Shown in pieces: positions 29,498 to 38,768 of a stretch of 55,588 nucleotides of DNA. Origin of the DNA: Chitinophagaceae bacterium (GTDB lineage: Bacteria; Bacteroidota; Bacteroidia; Chitinophagales; Chitinophagaceae). The stretch is taken from assembly GCA_003509845.1 (NCBI GenBank), contig DOMR01000275.1, positions 10,473-66,060 on the forward strand, written 5' to 3'. Position 1 is the stretch's first letter; the number at the start of each line of letters is the position of its first letter. The notes under the pieces were generated by a model that saw only the letters and a list, made by a program, of their open reading frames with translations, did not search any database and was not told the DNA's origin. The position numbers and the translations under genes were made by a program.

Positions 29498-29543
29498 AAA
29501 AATAATACCACTACTCTCGTTTTTCTTGCTAAGTATTTTTTAT

Positions 29544-30380
29544 TTAGGGTTGTCCTAGATACACACGTTCCGCTGTTCCACCCAGAATCGCCGCTTGCTC
29601 TGAAGCCGTTAGTGATGTAATAAAAGATAAAACTGTTTCAATCCATTTTGTATAAGTACTCTGAAGTAAACAAACCGGCCAGTCGGAGCCAAACATAATT
29701 CTTTCAGGTCCAAATGCTTCCAACACAACATCAAAATAGGGTTTCAGCATTGCTTCATTCCAAGTGCCACCCTGCACTTCTGTAACCATACCCGACAACT
29801 TACAAGTAACCTGCTCCCTTTCTGCCAGCCGCTTAATATTTACTGCCCATGTATGATCAAATTCATCTTGTGTGATACGAGGTTTTGCAATATGGTCAAT
29901 CACCATTGATAGTCCCGGATGTTGATCTACAAATTGAATAGTCTGTGGCAAGTGTCGCTCAAAAATCAACAAGTCATAACACAAGGAATATTTGCTAAAT
30001 GCCTGAATACCTTTATTAAAGTCAGCGCGAAGTATAAATTGCTCGTCGGGTTCATCATGAATAACATGACGAAATCCAACCAGATTTTCCCGCCCTGCAT
30101 ATTGTTCCAAATAACCCTCCACCTTTGCATCACAAAAAGGAATCCATCCCACGACTCCTTTTATAAAAGAATTATCCTTGGCCAGTTGTAATAAAAAGTC
30201 TGTTTCGGCCAATACTTGTCTGGCCTGAACAGCGATGCATCCATCCAATTTTGTTGTTGCTAACAAAGTCTGAAAATGCTCCGGCAGAAAATCTTTTTTA
30301 ATAATGGCATGCTGATCACTCATCCATCCATAATCCGATTCGTTGTATTGCCAAAAGTGTTGGTGGCTATCTAATTTCAT
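29544..30380 (-). CDS. Amidohydrolase-family sugar lactonase (L-fucono/L-galactono-1,5-lactonase-like)
   Basis: LDSHQHFW, GFRH, DHIAKP, CKLSGMVTE, MFGSDWPVC. The start is placed at MKLDSH (30380). Confidence 0.88.
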   Translation of the reverse strand: MKLDSHQHFWQYNESDYGWMSDQHAIIKKDFLPEHFQTLLATTKLDGCIAVQARQVLAETDFLLQLAKDNSFIKGVVGWIPFCDAKVEGYLEQYAGRENLVGFRHVIHDEPDEQFILRADFNKGIQAFSKYSLCYDLLIFERHLPQTIQFVDQHPGLSMVIDHIAKPRITQDEFDHTWAVNIKRLAEREQVTCKLSGMVTEVQGGTWNEAMLKPYFDVVLEAFGPERIMFGSDWPVCLLQSTYTKWIETVLSFITSLTASEQAAILGGTAERVYLGQP

Positions 30381-30382
30381 AT

Positions 30383-31321
30383 TTAATATTTCCAATTTTG
30401 ATTTGAAACAGGTAATAATATATCACGGACTTCTTTCAATAATTCATCATCGATTGGCTCATTACTCCATGCCACATTCCTACGAACGGAATCGGGGTTG
30501 GCACTACTAAACATCGTAGTCACTATAGCTGGGTTTTGGGATGAAAACTGCATCGCAAGCTTAGCAATATCGGACCCCTTTTTTTTGCAATGTTCAGCTG
30601 CTTGTGTAAATATTTTTCTTTGCTCTAGCGAAACCGGATGCCAATCTGGAGCACCCCGGTTGGTTAGTAAGCCTGAAGCAAATGGAGAAGCGTTGATAAG
30701 ACCAATATTTTTTTCTTTGGCTCTAGGAAGTAATGAAAGTAAGCGTGTATCATTAAGGCAATAAATATTATGGGTGAGTCCCACATCAATGATGCCTTCA
30801 TCTATTACCCGCTCCCAAAGATCCACCGGATAAATCCCCATGCCTACTGCGCCAATACGACCCTCCGCTTTGAGCGTCAGTAAAGTTTGAATGCCCTCTA
30901 ATAGCGCCCATTCGGTATGTTCGCGGTTATTATATTCAATGTCATGCAAATGGAGAATATCAAAATAATCAACTCCAATACGAGCTGCGCTTTCGTCAAC
31001 AGAACGCATAATTGCATCATAACTATAGTTAAATGTATCAACACCATATCCGCCAGGCGCAGTATTTTTTCCCACTTTCGTTGAAAGGAAAAAACTGTTT
31101 CGTGGAATATCACGAAGCGCTTTCCCTAATACTATTTCAGATTTTGTGGCTCCATAAGCAGGCGCAACATCGAAGTAATTGATGCCGAGTTGTAGCGCAG
31201 TATGAACTGCCTCTATCGCTTGCTGCTCATTTATTTCATGAAATACCCCACCAAGCGAAGAAGCACCAAAACTTATATTGGAGACCTCCAAACCTGTATT
31301 GCCTAATTGATTGTAAATCAT
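30383..31321 (-). CDS. Aldo/keto reductase, L-galactose/L-fucose dehydrogenase-like
   Basis: LGNTGLEVSNISFGASSLGGVF, GINYFDVAPAYG, STKVG, DILHLHDIEY, GLLTNRGAPDWHP closely follow the L-galactose dehydrogenase pattern. Confidence 0.85.
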   Translation of the reverse strand: MIYNQLGNTGLEVSNISFGASSLGGVFHEINEQQAIEAVHTALQLGINYFDVAPAYGATKSEIVLGKALRDIPRNSFFLSTKVGKNTAPGGYGVDTFNYSYDAIMRSVDESAARIGVDYFDILHLHDIEYNNREHTEWALLEGIQTLLTLKAEGRIGAVGMGIYPVDLWERVIDEGIIDVGLTHNIYCLNDTRLLSLLPRAKEKNIGLINASPFASGLLTNRGAPDWHPVSLEQRKIFTQAAEHCKKKGSDIAKLAMQFSSQNPAIVTTMFSSANPDSVRRNVAWSNEPIDDELLKEVRDILLPVSNQNWKY

Positions 31322-32337
31322 AATTCAATTTGAACTTTCATAACACCATTTTTATTAAGTGCGTGTTGCATAGCCTGGGGAATATCATCAAAATTGAAGG
31401 TATCGGTAACAAGACCATCTAGGTTAATAATACCGGCTGCCACCAAATTCATTGCATCCTCAAATACATTTGCAAAACGAAAAGAACCATATAACTTTAA
31501 TTCCTTATTCATGATCAAATTTCCTGGAATAGAAAAACTTTCTGGTAAAGTGCCAACTAAAACAACAGAACCACCTCTTCGTGTAACTTGTATTCCATTC
31601 GCCAAAGCAGATGGCGCACCAGAAGCCTCAAACACAATATCAAAGCCGTCATAATACTTCCATGCGTTTTCTTCGAGCGGGTTCACCACTTTATTTGCGC
31701 CACTTTTAAGAGAGAATGCACGGGCAAACTCGCTCACATCACTCACTGTTACATCATGTGCTCCAAATGCACGCACTACGCGCAAAATTAGTTGGCCAAT
31801 GGGTCCTCCACCAGTAATAAGAATAGAAGTTCCAGCAATCCGATCTACCTGCTTTACTGCATGCATGGCTACACTTAATGGTTCAAGTAAAGAGGCTTGC
31901 GCCATACTAATACCAACTGGAAGTACATAACAATTTGTTGCAGGTACCACGAGGTACTGCCCCATAGCACCATCCATATGCGGATCGCAACTAGCTGATC
32001 CAAAATATCGCATCGACAGACAAAGATTATAATGCCCACTTTTACAGTGTTTACAACTTCCACAAGGCATTGAGGGATCTACTGCCACTTCATCCCCCAC
32101 TTTTAGTCCTATAACATTAGCGCCAATACTATCTACTACTCCTGCAAACTCGTGACCAAGAGCGAATGGTCGTTTGGGTATAAAATTACCGCAATAACCA
32201 TGTTGAAAATAATGTACATCCGAACCACAAATACCTGTAAATTTTGGTTTTATAAGTACCTGGTCATCCCCAGGTATGGGAACGGATTTCTCCGACAACC
32301 TAATATCTTTTGCACCATACAGTAAATAGGTTTTCAT
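31318..32337 (-). CDS. Zn-dependent dehydrogenase, L-idonate 5-dehydrogenase-like
   Basis: GICGSDVHY, LGHEFAG, CGSCKHC...C structural Zn site, MRYFGSA..PHMDG and GSFRF as in IdnD-type enzymes; 4-nt overlap with the AKR gene. Confidence 0.85.
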   Translation of the reverse strand: MKTYLLYGAKDIRLSEKSVPIPGDDQVLIKPKFTGICGSDVHYFQHGYCGNFIPKRPFALGHEFAGVVDSIGANVIGLKVGDEVAVDPSMPCGSCKHCKSGHYNLCLSMRYFGSASCDPHMDGAMGQYLVVPATNCYVLPVGISMAQASLLEPLSVAMHAVKQVDRIAGTSILITGGGPIGQLILRVVRAFGAHDVTVSDVSEFARAFSLKSGANKVVNPLEENAWKYYDGFDIVFEASGAPSALANGIQVTRRGGSVVLVGTLPESFSIPGNLIMNKELKLYGSFRFANVFEDAMNLVAAGIINLDGLVTDTFNFDDIPQAMQHALNKNGVMKVQIEL

Positions 32338-32384
32338 AAATTATTAAATTTTGCAAGCATGATAAATTATTTTTTTCAATGTAA

Positions 32385-33851
32385 TCATTGTACTTTTCTA
32401 GGTGTTTGCTGAGTTAGATTATCACCAGAATAAGGAATAGCACCAGAAGCATCTGTTTGGAAACCCCATTTTGAAATATAGAAAGAGCCAGGTTGAAAAG
32501 AGTCTCCATTTTTATTTAATATTTTATATAATTCACTATCCAGTTGTTTACTCAGTTTGTCAAAGGATTTATTGGTGAGAAGGTTATTCATCTGAAATGG
32601 ATCTTTGAGGTCATCAAACAAAAACCAAGGTCCTTGAATAGACCTGATATAGGTATATTGTTTTGTTTTAATTGCCCGATAAGCTAAGGGAAAATTAGTC
32701 TTAGTAAAGGGCGAAATATTCATATACACAACTGAACGATTTAAATCTTCTTTATTCTTGATAATGAGTGGAGATAAGTCATCCCCTTCGCAAGTTTTTG
32801 GCACTTTTAATTTAGCAAGACCAAGTAATGTAGGAAAGATATCAATCGTATTAATTGGCATTTGAACCATCCTGCCAGTATTTCCCGTAACTGCTGGATA
32901 TCTTAATAAAAAAGGAACATTCGCAGACTCACCAAAGGGAACTTGCTTTGTTTTAGGTCGTACCCCCTGAGCGCCCATCATTTCTCCATGATCAGATGTG
33001 AAAATAAAAATCGTATTATCGCGAATTCCTTCATCATCAATTGTAGCAAGAATATCCCCAATGCTTTTATCAAGTGCGGAGCAATGTGCATAATACCCTT
33101 TGGCTTCCTTTTTTGAATTTTCTAGTAAAGATGCAGGAACATTGGGTGGAAGTTTTATATTATTTTGATCATAGATATCCAAGAATTCTTTTGGTGCGGT
33201 TTCGTGCGGAAAATGGGGCGTTCCAAAAGCTACAAACAAAATAAAAGGCTTTTCATTTTTTGACTGATTGCGAATGTATTGTTGCGCATCTTTTGTTTGT
33301 TCAAAAACATCATACCCATCCCAAAACATTTTTTCATCATTGTTTCCCGTATAGTAGTGAGAGTGATTGTAATCATGATCGCATTCTGCCGCTTTCCAAT
33401 AATCAAACCCTTGTCTTTTTTCAGCAGGAATAAAAGAGGTACGTCCATTGCCGTCTAAATGCCATTTTCCAATATAACCGGTATTATATCCAGCTTTACC
33501 AAAAACCTCTGCAATACAAATTTCTTCATCAGGAAGATGTACATCATTAAAAAACATCCCAGTTGTGGTAGGATACCTACCAGTCATCAATGCTGCACGA
33601 TACGGGGTGCAAACAGGCGTTATAGAAACAGCATTTTTAAAATTTAAACTTCCTTTTGCTAAAGCATCAATATTAGGTGTTTTAACATTAGGATCTCCGG
33701 AATAGCCGGTTGCTGAGGCTCTCCATTGATCGGTTAATATATAAATAATATTTGGTTTTTGCCTCGATGGTATCTGGGCAAAAGTTGTTTGTAGTGTACT
33801 TAAAATTATCCACAAAACTTGAAAGGCAAAAATTGATTTTGATCTGTTCAT
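32385..33851 (-). CDS. Sulfatase, S1 family (Cys-type)
   Basis: KPNIIYILTDQWR, CTPYRAALMTG, GKWHLDG, TSDHGEM. Confidence 0.93.
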   Translation of the reverse strand: MNRSKSIFAFQVLWIILSTLQTTFAQIPSRQKPNIIYILTDQWRASATGYSGDPNVKTPNIDALAKGSLNFKNAVSITPVCTPYRAALMTGRYPTTTGMFFNDVHLPDEEICIAEVFGKAGYNTGYIGKWHLDGNGRTSFIPAEKRQGFDYWKAAECDHDYNHSHYYTGNNDEKMFWDGYDVFEQTKDAQQYIRNQSKNEKPFILFVAFGTPHFPHETAPKEFLDIYDQNNIKLPPNVPASLLENSKKEAKGYYAHCSALDKSIGDILATIDDEGIRDNTIFIFTSDHGEMMGAQGVRPKTKQVPFGESANVPFLLRYPAVTGNTGRMVQMPINTIDIFPTLLGLAKLKVPKTCEGDDLSPLIIKNKEDLNRSVVYMNISPFTKTNFPLAYRAIKTKQYTYIRSIQGPWFLFDDLKDPFQMNNLLTNKSFDKLSKQLDSELYKILNKNGDSFQPGSFYISKWGFQTDASGAIPYSGDNLTQQTPRKVQ

Positions 33852-33886
33852 AATATTCTAATTTTGATAATTGCTATTTAATAAAT

Positions 33887-34774
33887 TTATGCATCCGAAT
33901 TAACTAAACCAAGGTATTTACTCCTGTAATCAGTTGGAGATATTCCTTTTATTGACTTAAAGACCCTGTTGAAATGAGTTATCGTATTAAATCCACATTT
34001 AAATCCGACATCCGAAATAAAATCAAAATCATTACTAGTTAGCCTGTGACATGCTTCATGGATTCTTACTTCATTGAGGAAGGCTATAAAAGTTTTTGAA
34101 GTTCTTTTTTTAAAGTAACTGCAAAATGCCTGGGGTGTCATATTGGCTTCTTTGGCTATTTGTTCCAAAGTCAATTGATTGTGATAATTCATCATAATAT
34201 AATGATAAATATTACTGATTCGAATTCCATCAAACTCATTCACTTTAGCAATTGTATCACTATTTGAAAACTTCTTAATATCATTTAAATTCGACATTTT
34301 ATGTAAAAGCTCAATAAAGCTTAACATTTTTAAGGTATCAGATTGCTGGAAAATATGATTGAATAGTAAAGAAACTTCTTTGACATGATTATCAGGAATG
34401 GCGAAACCAGCGTTAAATTTTAAAAGCAATTGTTTTACCGTTTTAAATTCAGCTAGTTCAAATAAATATTTTAATTTCCCATTAGGATCAAAAAATATAC
34501 TACGTGCTATAATTTTTTGGTTACTATCCGGACTGAAATAGGCAGGGGCACTTTTAAATACATGAGGCTGATTGGCGCCTATACAAAAAATTTGATTAGA
34601 ATAGAAAGTAAAAGTTTCATGATTGATAACCAATGTGCCTTCCCCTTTCTGGATCCAGGTAAGCTGAATTTGTTCATGCCTATGAAGCTTGGGATAAAAA
34701 TATTTGTTTTGTTCTTCCTTTAAAGTGATGTTGCAGTCACCCGGTACAGGAATCGTAAATTGTATTATATTCAT
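33887..34774 (-). CDS. AraC family transcriptional regulator (cupin + HTH)
   Basis: Cupin LHRHEQIQLTWI; HTH LTLEQIAKEANMTPQAFCSYFKKRT ... CGFNTITHFNRVFKSIKGISPTDYR. The start is placed at MNIIQF (34774), which avoids overlap with the upstream gene. Confidence 0.92.
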   Translation of the reverse strand: MNIIQFTIPVPGDCNITLKEEQNKYFYPKLHRHEQIQLTWIQKGEGTLVINHETFTFYSNQIFCIGANQPHVFKSAPAYFSPDSNQKIIARSIFFDPNGKLKYLFELAEFKTVKQLLLKFNAGFAIPDNHVKEVSLLFNHIFQQSDTLKMLSFIELLHKMSNLNDIKKFSNSDTIAKVNEFDGIRISNIYHYIMMNYHNQLTLEQIAKEANMTPQAFCSYFKKRTSKTFIAFLNEVRIHEACHRLTSNDFDFISDVGFKCGFNTITHFNRVFKSIKGISPTDYRSKYLGLVNSDA

Positions 34775-34791
34775 TATTCGGTTTGTATTTT

Positions 34792-36708
34792 TTAAAAAAT
34801 CACAGGCGCTTGTGGCGTTGGTACATAACCCTTTTCCATGATATCCATAAAACCTAATAATGCTCCCCAATGATAAAATGCATCACTCCAGGTATTGGCT
34901 TCGCCTCCATTTCCAGTTTCAGCATGATAATTTTCACACACATGACGCTCACTTATCCATGTTTTTAAAAGCAATGATTTTGATTTTTCAACCATGTCTT
35001 TTTTGGCATCTGGCAAATTGTAGTTGCGCATACCTAAATATACCAAAAAATTTAATGGCGCCCAGATTCTACCTCTCCAATAATGATTGTCATTAAATGC
35101 TGTGTCATTACGTGCAACGGAAGGCATGATAAATTCTCCCCAAAATTCCTTTTCATTATAAAAATGTTCCTTCATCATCCTTGAGGCTTGATTTAAACTT
35201 GGGACTTTTGCTAATAATGGATAAAATAATGTTGGCGTTAAACGATAACTCAACTTTCCAGTGACCAGATCTTTATTTAAGTATAGCCCAAACTTATCAT
35301 CCCAAAGTGTTTCCAATTTTTTGGAATATTTTTCTGCTCTTGCAGTCAATTCTTTTGCATCATTCGTGTAACCCAAAATATCAGCAATCTCAGAAAGACT
35401 ATGGCAATCGGCAATATAAAGGCTCATTAATCCTACATCAGCCATTAGCATACGGTGATTCAATGAGTCAAAAGTTGCATCGTCCCACATGGGAGAATTA
35501 TCCATTCCGGATTCCCATTTCGCGGCTTTCATTTTTCCAGATAGCGTTGCAGAACGAGATTTACTATTTCCATAATCATAAGGATCTGTACCATGAACCA
35601 AATATCCATCCACATCTCTGTTCGCTGCACGCCATCGGTTCCAGCTCAGTAATTCATTGTAAACTTCTTTTAAAAACCACTTCTCTTGATATTTTCTATA
35701 AATTTCTCTTACAACAATGGATCCTACCTGAGGCTCTGAACGGTCTTCACTTTTATGCCCATACTGTGAGTTGTTAGGAATAAATCCTTTCGCTGTAATT
35801 TCCTTTGTAATTGCAATCGCATTAGCATAAGCCAGCTGCTTATTATTGAGCGATAACATATAGGCTGCAAAATAAGTATCCCAGCCAAATAGTACCCAGT
35901 CAGGGGAAAAAGTACGGCTTACTGGATTAATAATTCTATTATTATTCGGATCATAAATGGTGGTCCATGCAAGGACTGTTTGCATTGCATTATATACCTC
36001 GGAAGATTTTTCAAACTTTAGCCTTTCTGTTTCGAATTTTAGTTTCGCCGTTTTAATGGTGCTCTCAACATATTGTACCGATTTTGAGTTCCCTGAGGTT
36101 ACCGATATATTTTTTTCTAAGCTAGTATGGATCGCATTCGAAAATATTGTTTTGTTATTTCCATTGACATACACTTTAATATTTTTTGTCGGAGTATTTC
36201 CAACAATCATTTGTGGATCAATTTTTATCTCCCCTTTTCTGTTCCACAACATCCGAGGCGTGATGATTAATGAATCCCCTTGCGCTACGTTTAATGGACT
36301 TACTAGTAAGTATAGCTCATTATTAACAGACGTGCTTTGCACCCGGAGTTTGATATTATGCCACTCAAATTCAAGTTCTGTATAGGATCCATCGTAAGCA
36401 TGTGGCCCAGGAATTACGCGCTCTTTGCTTCCATAATGATCCCGACCAATTAAAGTCTCTTCAAGAATATTGCCCGAATGATCTTTTATTGCAAGATTGA
36501 TGGAAAAGCTTTCAGGCAATAATACCTGCGACATCACACTACGTGTATTCCAAGTATTCCAACCCTGAATAAGTTTCTTACTCATTGCCTTTGCCTCCTT
36601 CGTGCTAGTTTCCTTTTGGGATAATTGATTTTGCGCATTAACTAAATCACACAGGATGAAAAATAGTATGAATAGTAAGAAGGATGTTTTATACCTCATT
36701 TTATTCAT
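34792..36708 (-). CDS. GH63/MGH1-like (trehalase-like) (alpha/alpha)6 glycoside hydrolase
   Basis: LFGWDTYF, WESGMDNSPMWD, YWRGRIWAPLN, ENY, FYHWGAL; signal peptide. Confidence 0.82.
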   Translation of the reverse strand: MNKMRYKTSFLLFILFFILCDLVNAQNQLSQKETSTKEAKAMSKKLIQGWNTWNTRSVMSQVLLPESFSINLAIKDHSGNILEETLIGRDHYGSKERVIPGPHAYDGSYTELEFEWHNIKLRVQSTSVNNELYLLVSPLNVAQGDSLIITPRMLWNRKGEIKIDPQMIVGNTPTKNIKVYVNGNNKTIFSNAIHTSLEKNISVTSGNSKSVQYVESTIKTAKLKFETERLKFEKSSEVYNAMQTVLAWTTIYDPNNNRIINPVSRTFSPDWVLFGWDTYFAAYMLSLNNKQLAYANAIAITKEITAKGFIPNNSQYGHKSEDRSEPQVGSIVVREIYRKYQEKWFLKEVYNELLSWNRWRAANRDVDGYLVHGTDPYDYGNSKSRSATLSGKMKAAKWESGMDNSPMWDDATFDSLNHRMLMADVGLMSLYIADCHSLSEIADILGYTNDAKELTARAEKYSKKLETLWDDKFGLYLNKDLVTGKLSYRLTPTLFYPLLAKVPSLNQASRMMKEHFYNEKEFWGEFIMPSVARNDTAFNDNHYWRGRIWAPLNFLVYLGMRNYNLPDAKKDMVEKSKSLLLKTWISERHVCENYHAETGNGGEANTWSDAFYHWGALLGFMDIMEKGYVPTPQAPVIF

Positions 36709-36713
36709 TTTTT

Positions 36714-38768
36714 TTATCTAGTAACACGTAATGTCCCCCTCATTAAAACATAATGTCCTGGGAAAGTACAAACGTAAGTGTAGTCTCCTGCTTCGGCGGG
36801 TGCTATGAAATAAATAGTATCCGATTCTTTTGGACGTAGTATGCGCGTATGAAATAAAATATCATTGCTTTTTGGTATATAATTTAAACGTTCCCCATTT
36901 AATCCCATATTGGCAGCTAATAAACCTACTTGGTCTGCAGTGCCTGGTTTAGTAATGACAAGATTATGAAGCATGTCATCATTGTTTTTAAATGTTATTT
37001 TTATTTTCGTTCCTGCTTTCACAGAAATAGTTTCAATGTCATATTTTAACCCAGGCTTTGTTCCAATAACGAAACTGCGGTCAGGGCCTGTTGTCCATTC
37101 TTTTGGTTGACTAGAAGTATTCTTTGCTATTGGTTTTGAAGGCATCTTCATATCGGCCATCACATGTTGTTGCATTGGTACAGGGATCGTTACTTTATTT
37201 TGTTCTGTAATAAGTAGCTTGTCATTATCCGGCAATTTGTTCACCGTATAATATCCATAGTTATGTAGTAGCTCAATAGCCGAGTCGGCAGACCTGATTC
37301 CTTCAGCTCTTATTTCATGTATATAACCTAGCTTCATGCTATCCAGTACCAACCGCACTTTTAAATGATCAGGTGATACTTCAATCGCTTTAATATTTCT
37401 GACAGCTTGGTTAATTACAGGGCTTCCATAATTATGATGGTATTGGTAAGTGAACGTTGAAAAATTCCAAGAAGCAGGATTGCGTGCAGTTTTTACATCA
37501 ACAGGTTGGGTAAAGCTTACTTCAAATCCGTCAGATTGCACCTCTACTTTTTGCATTTCAAATGGCATTTTACCATTCCAAACCATTTGCTGTAAACCAA
37601 ACATCATATTTCCTGTGGAACCCCATCCTCTTGAAGTCATTCCCACAAACATACTTCCATCAGATCCCCAGTTCATCCGAAGAATACCCGAAGAAAATCC
37701 CTCACGAAATGGAAATACCACCCCTTGGTAAACACCTTTTATTTTTTCAAGATATACGCGCATAATTTTACTCTGTCCTTGGTCACCTACAAATAATTGA
37801 CCTTCAAAAGGTCCCATCGATGCCTTGGCGTCATAGTTCAAAATACCAGATGTTGATACGCCCAGTATGGTATGTGGAAACCAGACAGAAGGCGTTTTTA
37901 ACCCAGGTACTCTTTTAGCCACTTCATATTTTGGTTCATGTGTATCTGGAATATCCGCTGTTCGTAATTTTACTGGAGACCCAGGTAAACCGGCCCATAC
38001 TAGCCCAGCTGTGTTACCCATAAAGTCCCCTTTTTCAGCATGTGTTATACTTCCTGAACCTACCCAGTCACCCTGGTTTTCGGAATAAAAAATATCACCA
38101 CTGCTGTTCGTGCTTAAGCCTGCAGGCGAACGCAATCCTGTTACAAAGGGCTCCATCTTTCCGTCTTCTGTAATCTTTAACATCCATCCATGCCACTTTG
38201 ATAAGCTTACACCACCATCCACCCATGCCACGTTTAAATTAACGACCATTTTACCCTCCTTGTCTAAAATTGGACCATACGCGTATTCATGATAATTTCC
38301 AGAGAGGGGCCAGGAATAAACTGTTTTATATTCATCGGCTTCACCATCATTATCTAAGTCACGAAGTCTGGTGAGCTCTGCTCTTTGTGTGAGATACAGA
38401 TCGCCTTTGATATAATTTAAACCAAGTATTTCATGTAAACCTTGGGCATACAATTTATAATTAGGAGTCGTTCCATTTTTCATGTATGGATTGGAAATAA
38501 TCCAAACTTCACCACGACGGGTGGAAACAGCCAGTTTATCATTGGGTAAAAATGCCATGCCGCCTACTTCCAAGGATACATTTTCTGGTATAGGCACCGT
38601 TTTTATTATAAAAAAGCTATCTTCCTTTTGTGCTTGAATGGATTTATTAGATTTGTTTTGCGCTTCACTAATGAATGAGCTCAAAAGTAAAAAGATGCAA
38701 AAAATTTGCATTATTAAAGTAGATCGATTATTTTTTAAAAGTAGTTTCATTTTTAATATTATTACCAA
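36714..38768 (-). CDS. Sorbosone-dehydrogenase-like beta-propeller protein fused to a C-terminal azurin/auracyanin-type blue-copper domain
   Basis: Propeller motifs LEVGGM, GNYHEYAYGP, GLRSPAG, ENQGDW. Cupredoxin motifs HNLVI ... YVCTFPGHYVLM (His, Cys, His, Met). The start is uncertain (38750 or later). Confidence 0.85.
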   Translation of the reverse strand: MVIILKMKLLLKNNRSTLIMQIFCIFLLLSSFISEAQNKSNKSIQAQKEDSFFIIKTVPIPENVSLEVGGMAFLPNDKLAVSTRRGEVWIISNPYMKNGTTPNYKLYAQGLHEILGLNYIKGDLYLTQRAELTRLRDLDNDGEADEYKTVYSWPLSGNYHEYAYGPILDKEGKMVVNLNVAWVDGGVSLSKWHGWMLKITEDGKMEPFVTGLRSPAGLSTNSSGDIFYSENQGDWVGSGSITHAEKGDFMGNTAGLVWAGLPGSPVKLRTADIPDTHEPKYEVAKRVPGLKTPSVWFPHTILGVSTSGILNYDAKASMGPFEGQLFVGDQGQSKIMRVYLEKIKGVYQGVVFPFREGFSSGILRMNWGSDGSMFVGMTSRGWGSTGNMMFGLQQMVWNGKMPFEMQKVEVQSDGFEVSFTQPVDVKTARNPASWNFSTFTYQYHHNYGSPVINQAVRNIKAIEVSPDHLKVRLVLDSMKLGYIHEIRAEGIRSADSAIELLHNYGYYTVNKLPDNDKLLITEQNKVTIPVPMQQHVMADMKMPSKPIAKNTSSQPKEWTTGPDRSFVIGTKPGLKYDIETISVKAGTKIKITFKNNDDMLHNLVITKPGTADQVGLLAANMGLNGERLNYIPKSNDILFHTRILRPKESDTIYFIAPAEAGDYTYVCTFPGHYVLMRGTLRVTR

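Noticed and set aside
34775..34870. N-terminal extension of AraC overlapping the GH63-like gene
   Set aside because: A longest-ORF artefact; MNIIQF at 34774 gives a typical AraC start just after the upstream stop.
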